NCBI RefSeq assembly: GCF_000150275.1
Contig: NW_002060943.1
Coordinates: 5,910,008 to 5,974,007 of the forward strand
Length of the DNA stretch: 64,000 bases
Direction of reading: 5' to 3'
DNA from: Trichoplax adhaerens
Taxonomy: Eukaryota > Animalia > Placozoa
Shown here: in pieces, positions 52,466 through 64,000 of the stretch
Layout: each line of letters starts with the position of its first letter
Position numbering within the stretch: position 1 is the first letter of the stretch
Notes under the pieces: generated by a model
What the model was told of the DNA's origin: nothing
What the model saw: only the letters and a program-made list of their open reading frames with translations
Database searches by the model: none
Program-made: the position numbers and the translations under genes

Positions 52466-54279
52466 TTTGTACTTTCAGTGTACAGAAGTTGAAATTACTG
52501 AATGTCTGATCAAAAAACTTCCAAAGGGTCTTTATTTTTATCTGTCGACCGTAACTATAATTGTGAATTAACTTCTGTATATATACAATTCAGACAATTA
52601 AGATAAAGTCCTAAGGAATCGCTATATTGATAATTGCCTTGGATATTAAACTGGAATTGATAAAGCAAAGATTCATCGACTGCAGTCGACACAAGACAAA
52701 TTTTGATCATCGCATCGAATAAGCTTTTAAAATTGATTCTAGTTTACATGATTTTGTAATAGGATAGTACTCACTTGGGAACTGATTGGTATCTCCTTCT
52801 CCATCAGTAAGTTTTGTTCATTTTTAGAATTCAATGCTAATAATGATTAGAATAACAAATTTAAAAGTTACCTTTTTCACCTATCAATCGGCAACTAATT
52901 CATTGAATGCATGAATTCAACTGACTTTTGGGGGGTAGATAAAAAATTATCCCTTCTGATTGGAAACGTTGTACTCTATACTCTTCTACGAACTTGTGCT
53001 TGTAGTTATACCTAACCGATCATAAATATCATCTCGTACAGTTTTTTATCCTGCTAACTATGAACAAGAATCAACGACTAAACATGATTATAAGCTATTA
53101 TCATCGATTAGAGAATCAGTCTTGTTAACATGAACTTACTTATAACTTCAGAAACGGTTACTGCTAATAATTGATCGTAATACTAAAGGTTAATACTGTA
53201 ATAAGATTCAATCGTTTCAAATGATTAAAATACAGTACTTTCTATCTCTGTAAGATCAATCATCATGCTTTGGCTATACTATGCAATACTGCGGCACAAA
53301 AATGTATTACGTTTTCTAGCATCGGCATGGCTAGGAAACTTCGTTACGTTTACCCTTAATTTTAGATTAATTCGGTTACTCAGACAATTCATTGCCGTAC
53401 TGTGCATTCCTATTTCCATGAAAAACTTTTAATGAAAGCTTAAATCGACCGTCTATTGCCTTATAGCCGAGAAAAGTGAAAGCCACTGATGTTACAGATT
53501 CGACATCAATTTTGAATATAGTGTGAATTATTGAAGTGGCTTCTTGCTTCATGAATACATCTTTATACTATCATTCTTCGGTGATAATCGATGCTGTGTA
53601 GGATAAATCGTAACGAGATGATAACAGATGCGATAAAAAGAATTAAACCAAGACTTAGTACATTTATATTTGACAGTAAATATTGCAGAGTGGCCCAGCA
53701 CTTATTATTGAAACGTAATAGTGCTACAAATACATAAAGCGGCATATAGGAAAAGAACGGACATCAAAGTACCTTATTACTTTGTAGCACTTCTACCTTT
53801 AAATTGTCTCATTAGCACTAACCTATTACTACAATCGCTTTGAGAAAGGCTAACATAAATATTTTTTATTACTTTAGAGCTAGCTTTTATTTCCTTACAA
53901 CATGATGCTATATATCTTTATTGTTAAAACAAACCATTACGAAAAACAGCTAGCAATAATTCAAACTAAATTCTTCGTTTGTACACGTATTTGATGCAAT
54001 CACTTTGACACACTAAGGATAATTGAAAATTTAATAACTAGTAGACTACTTCAACATGCACTATTGGTCATACATGTATGTTTTATTGAAGATAATGTAC
54101 AGCGTTTTCTTTGGCTAAAAGCAAACTGTACGTAGTTTGCAATTTCTTATCCTTTATTACTGACGACTATTACTATGATGATGTTAATAGGTTCATCGCC
54201 CTTGTCACTTTGTAACCGCTGACTAGCATCAGAGTGACAAAAAAAAGAAAATATTTTAAAGAATTTTCTACATTTAGCA

Positions 54280-57200
54280 ATGATGGCAAATCAAGAGGAA
54301 ACAGGTAATAATCGGCAAAAGCAGTTTTTATCATTCTCTGCTGATGCAGCTACTTTGGCATCCGCACTACAACAGCACAAGAGACCTCAACATGCTAAGC
54401 ATAATTTATCCCAGAGTTGTTTTGCGTTATTTAAAAGCAATGGAGGTGATGATGACTTAACCAACTTAAACTGGCTACAGTCAACATCTTTAATCAATAA
54501 TATACCAACTGTATTAGCAACTGGTAATCATGGCTATCGTGCAAGCTTATCAGGCCATTCAAATAAGAGGAATCATCATGGTCATTTTAGGAGTAAATCG
54601 GCACCCACTTCTTCCACATCAAGCTTAAGATCGACTGTAACAGCTGCAGCTGCCCATAAACGTGCTAGCCTTGGCAATCACAATAATAAACATGTTGACA
54701 GCGACGATAATAAATATGATAGTTGTCATGATATCAACTGTAAACCGCCTTATTCATTTCCTTCATTAATTTTTATGGCTATTGAAAACTCATCTCGTAA
54801 AATGTTACCTGTTAAAGATATTTATACATGGGTTTTGGAGCATTTTCCTTACTTCAAAAGTGCCCCTACTGGTTGGAAAAATTCCGTTCGTCACAATCTA
54901 TCGTTGAATAAATGTTTTAAGAAAGTCGATAGAGAAAAAGGGCAGGTAAGATAAGAAAAAATTGAGTATTCAAATTGATGTTAAAATAACTATGATATCA
55001 TTAACATGCCAAGATCGTGCCTGGAGTAACACTTAAGGCCCAAAATTGAGCACAATCTAGAGCCATATCGCCAAAATTGATCACTACCATAAATTACTTT
55101 TTGCCTTAAATATTTTTAATGTTATAATAAGTAGTCAAAACACAAATTGAATTACATACTAAATGGCTTCTGCTATATTACTTAAATATTTTATTCCCCA
55201 TTGATAAGGGATCTATCAATTCCTAGCTAATAACAAAACATGAAAAGAGTGCTAACGACATCGATCTGCATAATTTTGTATGCTAGTTCCTAACGCAATT
55301 TTCTCGAAAGTTCATTTTTTCTTAATGACTCAATTGTTATAAATACTTGTTAACCGCTAAGTTCGTAACAATTAGCTTAAAGGTTTATCTTGATATCACA
55401 GATGTTTAGCACCAGAATAAATTTAAAATAATAGTATTGTTTTAAAATCACAAGCAGGTAGTGAATACTTCAATACTACGAGTATAATCAGTTTTATTCA
55501 GTTTCACAAGATGTCCTGCAATAGCACTCCGTTGGGAACCAAACTCGAGCCTTAACTTACACTTAAAACTTAAAGGCATTTAAGCGTTTATTTACGTATT
55601 CAATAATAATAGGACATAGCTTATTAGAGTTTACTACTTTTAGCACGGAAGCAGAAAGGTTCTAAATATAGACGCAACATAAACACACTGTAAATCAGCA
55701 TGATTATAAGTCATAGTAACACAATCAATTTCTAGAGGTCTCCATTTAATTTTCGTAGCTACAGTAGATCTAATTGCGATTTCATCGGATTAATCATAAT
55801 AATTATTATTATGAGAAAAATTGTGTTGTAAAAGACCATTTCTCCTTGATATATAATGGCTCAATCAATCCTTGTGACATCTGTCTATGAATTTATTATA
55901 ATTTTTGTTGCATTTCTCCAGTAAAAATTGGCAATTTGAATAAATAGATACGAAGGTCACAAAAATTCAATGAAAGATGAATATATTAAATTCACTTTAT
56001 AATATGATTTAAAATAGTGAAATAGATGAGATGAAAATGTATCAGTCCTAAAAATTATTATAGCATAAAGCCAGATAATACTTTATACTAGTAAAACTTT
56101 TCCTCACATCTAATTATGTCGTAAAATCGTGAGTTATCTAATAGAATTCAGGCATCTAGCCGCAATATAAAAGAATACTGTATGCTTTATAATATTAAAT
56201 ACGATACTTGATGATGAAAGTACATATACCTTTGTTATAATGGTAGTATGAAGTATTCCCAGTACAATATTCGATATCAGACATAAATTTTCTCGTGCTC
56301 TTGTTGTAATATATACGTATATTGTATTTATGTACAGATAATTGTAATTATGTTCATATCATGGTACTTTATAATAATATTAATAACTTAAAGTATGGAA
56401 TATTTGTAACTAATGCACTTGTATCGTCCTATATAAACATATTATGGAACTAATCGTATTATCTTTGATCGGCTCATTGTACTTTATCATAAGATGGCTA
56501 TAGAATGTCAAAAATTGTAGCTCTTTACTGAATAAAATCCTATAAAATATTTCAAGCAATAATAAATAGACAGCTTCGTCGTATGCTGTCTTACAACACT
56601 GCAGTTTGTATGATTTTATTTACTAAAGATAAATGCTTTATATTTTTTATCATAAATTATAGGCGGTTGGCAAAGGGTCATTATGGTGTGTAGATCAGGA
56701 ATATCGTCCAAATCTATTACAAACTCTGAAGAAAACTTCGTATATGACATTTAAACGACAAGCTGGAAATATCAAGTAAATAGAAATTTAGATTATATAC
56801 TACAGCAACGTTGCCACGTTAGCAACATTCAATCGAATTCTAAGACTTATTTTTTGGTTTCTATAATTATATTAAATATTATAATTCAATTTTCAAACTT
56901 AACAGCCTAGGCAATGAAAGCCAATCTAGCCTAATCAAAGGTAATTTTGTAAAAATAAAATCTTTTAAGAAGTAATATTACCATCATTTTACTAATCTAG
57001 TACGATATGTTTCTTACAATGAATAAACGAAATTGAACTCTGTTTGATTCTAGGTTGTGAAGGAGAAGAAATGAATTTAAACAATGATACGGAGGCTGTA
57101 CAAAAATCGGAAACGCTTTCAGGTAGTCATTTCCTTAGCTTAGTGAATGGATTTATATTTAACAATATGTCTTCAGTATAGACAGCTTTATTAGAGACAT

Positions 57201-57851
57201 TTTTGTACAATAGTATATGATTTCACTTATTTAAAATTATTATCTAACATTATTCATTGGGAATTATTAGAATCACAATCCGAAAATGTTTCAGATCAAA
57301 GTAAAAATCATCTATCCTCCACTGATAGCCATGATCATTCCGAAAAGTACGGCAAACTAATAACTATTTCTAAGCAGCAGCATATTCAATTACAGTTAAC
57401 ATTATCTTTCTCATTTTATAGAAACCAATCCGATGCTGTTACAAATAACAAAAGCCTAGCTCCTGGTTTGGTGTCACTAGCTGCTGCAGGAGCAATAGTT
57501 AATGTACCAGGAAAGAAATCTATTTCTACTGTCAGCAATGACACAGGAAAACAGTTAAAGACTGAAGACAATGAAATGACTGAAGTGGATGATGGATTTA
57601 TTGAATCAGACGTCTTAAATAATAGTTTCACTGCGGATGAGGATGAAAGTAATACTAATAAAGGGAGTAGCTTATGCGATAGTGGATACGCAGCCGATGA
57701 TGTCAATATCGATTTATCTACCAGCAACAGTAGTCTACCACATAAGAAGAAATTAAAAACTTGCAAGGACCCAGTTGAGATGGATTCTTATGCGGGCGCT
57801 GGCGCACTATTAGATTTAGCTAGTTCTGCACCAAAACCACTCAAAGTGTAG
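54280..57851 (+). CDS. FOXN2/3: Forkhead box N2/3 transcription factor; 6 coding exons (54280-54945, 56663-56775, 56906-56940, 57054-57122, 57271-57346, 57422-57851)
   Basis: N-terminal [10 protein letters not shown], forkhead domain [44 protein letters not shown]|..[18 protein letters not shown], and C-terminal DSGYA and AGALLDLA motifs typical of FoxN2/3. Confidence 0.92.
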
Positions 57852-59769
57852 CATTAACTTCTTCTACTGTATTAAATAATATTATAATAAATAGAATTTT
57901 CTGTAATTTGGGATCTTGGATACAGTCGTTCCATGAATAATACATAGTCCTTTGGTGTTAACTCACTTTCAGCTCAAGTCCGTTGAAGTTTTATAATAGC
58001 AACACATTTGATCATAGGTTTCGGGTTGAATTATTCAGAATTAAATATTATTAAAGGTTTAAATTTAAATTTTATCAGATTGATATCAGCTAAGTGTATC
58101 ATATAATCTTACCGTGGATATCAAATCTTTTGTACATTATGTTTATCTACGAAGTAACTGTATTAAGAGTTTTATGTAATTTAAACGAATTATTTCGTTA
58201 ATCAAATCTGATAAAATGATTTTACGTTCGCCGTTATATAGAGTACTCAAAAAACGGTACAAATGAAGTCTAACGTTACAATAATTTCATAAATAAATTT
58301 ATAAAGTATGTAAAGTATTTGTAGTGAAGGTAATGTAATTATACTATATAAGCATTTCTGCTGATATTTATTAACTGACCCAGGTAAGAAATTGAATCGA
58401 AATTTGAATAAATAAATAATAATTATAACGGATAGCAATTTATGTAATAGCTGGCTAGTGATGAATCAGCTTTCTTTGCCACAATGGCAATGTACGTATG
58501 CACATTAATAACTTTTTGCATGTAGCTCTTCTTGTATTATGCATAATTTGATCATTGGCCATTTTAAATATACAAAAGCTGGTTCGTATTGTTGAATAGC
58601 GATACTAAATTCTAACTTGTATATTTACAGCTTTTATGCAGTGGATGTTACATCGAGCAAAAATTCGTCAGTTCACTAATAAATAAGCTTGTACTAAAAA
58701 ATTGTGAATTGTCTTTTATTTGCACAGATATAATGTCAAAATAGAATCGATACAGCAATTCTTATTATATATATATATATATGCATACGCGTACATTCGC
58801 AAGAGCAAATATACTGTACATCAATAATACACGGAGTAAAAGTGTCAATTGCCTACTCGTCAGATTCTTATTCAGAAAGTAGTTAGTCTCGCTCTAAGAC
58901 AGTAATTGATTAATTTTTGAAGTAATGTAACTTTTGATCATAAAGTTACTATTATTCTTCTCAGAAAGATTAAATCCTCTAATTGTAATTAATTCGCTAT
59001 TGTAAATAGTTCCTACACAGAATTGAGATCAGTAGGAGACGTAGATCCGCACATCTAGATATCGGATTGTAAGTGCTTTACAGAATATGAAGACGTTACA
59101 GTTCACTTCAATGATAGGTCTGTAATAAGTACTTTTCAAAACACTTACATAAGTTCACCAATAGAGTTATTTGATTACGAAAATGAGATTATTATCTCCA
59201 AGATTAGTAGCAATCAAAGAAATGTAGAACAGAATGAAGCAGAACAGCATACAAAAGAGTAGTTATCAACCATATATCAAGTTGACAATAAACACATCAA
59301 ATACCGTAGTCTATTAATTGTACAATGAGTAACACCATCATTTCTTACTAAATGGTATGAAAATGAAGTTGCTTCAATTTGCTTCCAAAAGTCAAACGTT
59401 ATAGGATAAGACACTTCGACGTACTGTATTCAAGTTATATAGAATACAGCTTATGAGACAGTAATAATTATAGTTTTAGCTGATATTACTTGGAGCCTGT
59501 TGAGAAGTTCATAAACTGTACCTTGATATGCAGTTGCATTACGATAAAATTTTTTATCAAATATGCATACAAAGATTGATTTCGATACTATTAGCACATT
59601 TGAAAATACTTCATGTACAATAATTTTATAATTACTATAATAAATGTTGCTTCATTGCATGTTGTAATAAAATTTCCACTATACCATAAGATTTTCGTTC
59701 TAATTAAACGACTTAAGATTGGCTTAAAAGTGTATCGCGATATACAATAGTATATGGAGATATTAACGT

Positions 59770-62715
59770 TTAATTACTGGATAACTTTGGCGTGATTGTA
59801 AAGACGTTAATTCTTAAATGCCTGGCTATCTGTAATACAACTACCCAGCAGTAATGGAGAACATCATACCAAGAGAGTACCTACATGGAAAATAACGAAC
59901 CAAATAAACTAATGGTAAAGGATAATTTATAATTTTTACTTGGTACAGCTTCACTTACCGAACAAAATAATAGTAACATGTAAGGGTTAACTATGTTGCC
60001 AAGGTAAATATTTAGAGCCAATAAAATAGGAGATATCATAGCACTATCTGCAAATCCCATAGCACTTTTTGACATATGAGCTACCTTTAAATAAAAATAC
60101 AAAAGGAAAATGTCATAAGAAGCGTATACTCAATTGTCGCAGCAACTATGTAAGCTATGCTGACCACAAGTCGCATTGTTAACTTCGCATAGGCAATCGA
60201 TACGCCCAGGACAAGCAAGGTCGGATGCGTTTGTAATATATCAGATTTTGCACATATATAAGCAAATACAACCATCATAAATCCAATTGGAATTGCTGGT
60301 GATATAACGCTGTTACCCTATTAATTAAGAATATAACGAAGTGGACCTAATCATTAAAATTGTTTCCTAGAATTATAATTCACTTAAGACAAATACTTAC
60401 AGCAATAGTTGTTCCATTTTTTCCTGGACCTCCTCCTAGAACGGCTCTTAAATGTAGACCAATTGTTATTAATCCCCCTGTTATAGAGGAAATAACTATG
60501 GCTTCCTTAATATTAAGGCCAGTATTCCAGATCTGAAAGTTATTGATAAAAGAATGCAATTAGTGCTAGTAGCTAAGATAGGACAGCGTTTCCACGTTTA
60601 ATATTACTTTTGTATTGAGTGTCATACAGACACGAAGGGGGTCATAAAAATATTTGGACTCAGTCAGTCCGTCTAAATAGTATTTATACGCGTAGAATGG
60701 ATCAAGAATCAAATTAAATAATGAGAGCAATAACATATATGTGATTATTTTATACTGACAATAATCTTGTAAGCTTACGTCCATGACCGTAAAGTAAATA
60801 AAACTTTTTAGTTATGGACAGTTTTCTAACCTGAAATGACCAAATTTGCGGGCCGTAAATCGATGTTAGTATGAACATCGTAATGACAATCAATTGAGCT
60901 TCAGTCACATCAAATCTACAGTAAAATGCGAAATGCATGTTTTATGTTCATTGAACCAGTTGTGGAAATCAAATTCAATGTAGACCCATTTCGCCGATGA
61001 ACTTTATAGAGTAACTTTAGCATTATCGGCAAAAATGAGCTGTACTTAGAAATGGTAATCATTAATAATAAACATTCTATCACAGAATTAGAGTATGTCC
61101 AGTACTATATGCCATATGAACATAATTGATCATAATCGATAAGGAAAGCAAAACAAAAGAAAAAATCAATTTTCATCTTTAGGACATATACTCTGTTATT
61201 ATGGACATTAACTTCTTTGTAACTAGCAAATAGAATCGCTTCCACACTGATTTCATGTTATTTTAGCGTTTTTATCTATGGCAATCAGAAAGAAATTGAT
61301 TTCTATTTAATCAGTCTAAAAGACAGGTTGATGATGTACAGCACAAGTCGGTCAATTAATAAGGTTGAGCAACTCTATTTTCATTAGCGATAACTTCAGT
61401 TGAATCCATCGAATGTCATTGCCTATCAATTACGTTATTCAAAGAATGGAATACTTCATCTACGCTCGTACCTATAGTTTATTTTACTAAACTAGCAAAT
61501 TGTAAGGGTGGCAAAATTGTATAATAATAGCTATAGTCAAAGACATTGATTTACATTAGAGTACTTTAAAAGAGAGTGTACATCTTAATTTGTAGCATAT
61601 TCATTATCATCGTTCTCGATAGTATCAGAGTATGCCTGAAGATTTCCTTCTACTGTACTTACTGATGAAATCGTAAAGTGCCAGTGACGTAGGCTTGCCA
61701 ATGAGAGCAATAAAATAGAAATGGAGCGGAAGTTGTGAAGATTAATAGCGGGGCATAATTATATCCAAACTGCATGCAGATGCTCAAGCCAAGGCAGACA
61801 AATATCATAGAAATAGAATCGCATCCATGATCGAATAATTCACCTAAAGGGCTCTGATTGCCGGTTCTTCTAGCTTGTTTTCCATCGATTGCATCTAACG
61901 ATTGATAGGCAAAGAGGCCTACGGCACACAGGAAATATACCCACCATGGCGCCTTTAAAAGAGATCAATGACAGCCATGGTAAGTATTAGCTTCAGGTCT
62001 AACATTGACCAAGATGTCTATCTCGAATGATGCTATCATAATAGAAAACATCGATTCGAATCTTGACAACATTATGCAACTATGTCCAAGGATGGCGCTG
62101 TACTCATACTACTACATCTGTATATACTGTACTGTCTCTAGAAAATACTAGGAGTGAATTCAGAAAGTAAACTAGCTGTGAGATCTAATATTACGGAAAC
62201 CTGCAATAAGGACGACAATGTAGTCAAAGAGATGGACTTACAAAATAAGGGACTACCTAGGATCGATCTATCCTATATGCTATAAGATTGCTACAAGATC
62301 GCCATTTGTCAAGACCGTTTGAAACGATACTGGCTACCTTATGGCCTTTGCAGTCTGACTAGAGTCTATACGGTAGTTTAACGTGGACAGAGTACCGATT
62401 GATCAAGACTTTGGAAGGGTAGACAAATCAATTGAGCAATTGGGTTATGATTGATTTATGGTATGAAAGATTGGAGTTAATCTTACTCACCGCTTCGGTC
62501 ATCAGTGGACAGTAACAAGCTAAAATGACTGTTGTTACAATATTGACTGCTAACCCAAGGGAGGTTATAAGATTTGGAGCTAGCCATAGTGGCACTTGCT
62601 TGACTAACCAACACCAGTACGTTTGCAGAAAGCTTTCCGTTGCAGACTGACCAATAACCGAATATTGATGCTGCTTAAGACGATCTAATTGTTGTTTTGT
62701 TAGGTAGCCAATCAT
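59770..62715 (-). CDS. CEPT1: Choline/ethanolamine phosphotransferase (CDP-alcohol phosphatidyltransferase, CEPT1/CHPT1 family), 7 exons
   Basis: [10 protein letters not shown]; the CDP-alcohol motif [27 protein letters not shown]; [26 protein letters not shown]; C-terminal [14 protein letters not shown] then TAA at 59772-59770. Confidence 0.92.
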
Positions 62716-63002
62716 CTCTACTAGCTAATGAGAATAATGACTGTCAGATTGGAGCTTGTCTCTCAAGGAAATAGTCAAATTAATTGTGTACACTCTTCAC
62801 TTTGCTCAATTTCTTTTCCAGTCCGCTTTCAAATGTTGGCGATCCAAACACTCACGTTTGCCTCTGCTCATGCACCCGATGAGCAGTGCGCATGACAGAT
62901 GATGGTGTGACCTAGATGGGGCCCATCATGGACCTACCACAGCTTGACCTTAGACAAAAGGATATTACTTGATGGACACCGTGAATTGCGCATGTCATGG
63001 TA

Positions 63003-63635
63003 GTGTACCGTAGTGTCCTTTGCAGTAAGTACTGTAGAATGCAGTATTTTGAATACAGTACAGTACAGTACAGTACAGTACAGTACAGTATGTCAAATCC
63101 ATTCAATAAATAGGCCTGTATTATTATCATAATATACAGGCCTGTTTCATGAATTTGATGTACAGTATTCAGAATACTCCATTCTACAGGACTGTACGAC
63201 AGCGACTGTACATCCAGAGTCTTGAAGTTGGCCTTTGACTTCATTGACTTGAATTGTCCACTTGGTCCACGTTGCACAACTGTACTGTACACTGTACGGT
63301 GTCATGGGCTACTGAAAGTACTGTACTGTAGATTGAGCAGTCCATGACTGTGTCAGTTTATGAAAAGTTCTTCGCTGAAACTGGCAGCCATTTCAGCTAA
63401 GTACATTAAGAACTTTTCCATCAACTGGCGGGGGTCTAGCGAAGACTTCGAACTCCCGGAAAAAGTTCATACCGTACTATCAACGTAGCTTAATAATAAG
63501 GAGAGGCTTATAACAGATGTACAACTTACACGTCCAAATTTACTGACTGTATCATAAAGCTGCAACTGAAAAGTTAGAGTACAGCGTACTGTAATAGGTG
63601 TACAGTGTATGGACTGTAGACTGTAGACTGTACTG
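63003..63635. repeat. (TACAG)n/(CTGTA)n island upstream of CEPT1, including a perfect (TACAG)7
   Basis: (TACAG)7 at 63054-63088, further runs at about 63279-63330 and 63578-63634. Confidence 0.85.
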
Positions 63636-64000
63636 GAACTGTTGGCAAGTGTATCACTGAATACCGCTGCAGCGGCTATACTCATTGTATAGTGTAGTAA
63701 CTTTAACTATGGTTTGGTTCAGACACGGTCCAAGATCACGACAATACTAAACTGTATGACAGTGGCCGGGCCGCAATCCCAACGAGAAGGCTACTACCAG
63801 CTTACGAGTACTTGGCATTAGTCAGAAATTGGACACTGTTGTACACAACTTGCAAGAAATCAAATGAGAAAGCAGAAAGTCTCTGCCTAAAAATTGAAAT
63901 TGGTAAGCTGATGTTCGACGTTTTATGCCTGATTGATTGATAGCGTCGTCATTAAGAATTGGCGTCCAAATATATCGACACAACGCGTACACTTAGACGA

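Noticed and set aside
57416-57766. 116-aa minus-strand ORF
   Set aside because: Antisense to the last FoxN2/3 exon, with no independent evidence.
59770-62715. Selenoprotein I (EPT1) with a Sec codon and SECIS
   Set aside because: The frame ends in TAA with no C-terminal TGA, and the sequence features match CEPT1/CHPT1.

Overview
AT-rich, intron-dense eukaryotic (animal) genomic DNA with short GT-AG introns. The compact style would fit a placozoan such as Trichoplax, but that is an inference and not verified. Seven spliced genes can be rebuilt by hand: (1) an axonemal dynein heavy chain of the DNAH14/DNAH6 group (minus strand, 3' end runs off the window start); (2) a 29-exon TM-SMP-4xC2 extended-synaptotagmin/tricalbin-like gene; (3) a 2-exon, 92-aa mitochondrial single-TM microprotein, COX8/COX7C-like, whose second exon is missing from the ORF track; (4) SPATA17; (5) a DUSP10/puckered-like MAPK phosphatase with no rhodanese domain; (6) FoxN2/3; (7) CEPT1/CHPT1. 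Notable non-coding structure: palindromic (TACAG)n/(CTGTA)n islands concentrated upstream of gene starts, RFX X-boxes upstream of both ciliary genes and FoxN2/3, intronic tandem repeats built from copied splice junctions, a 135-bp MITE with an 8-bp TSD, a duplicated 123-bp element of unknown function, and AP-1/CRE clusters around the MAPK phosphatase. No rRNA, tRNA, CRISPR array or autonomous transposon was recognised. Exon boundaries were read by eye and may be off by a few bases.
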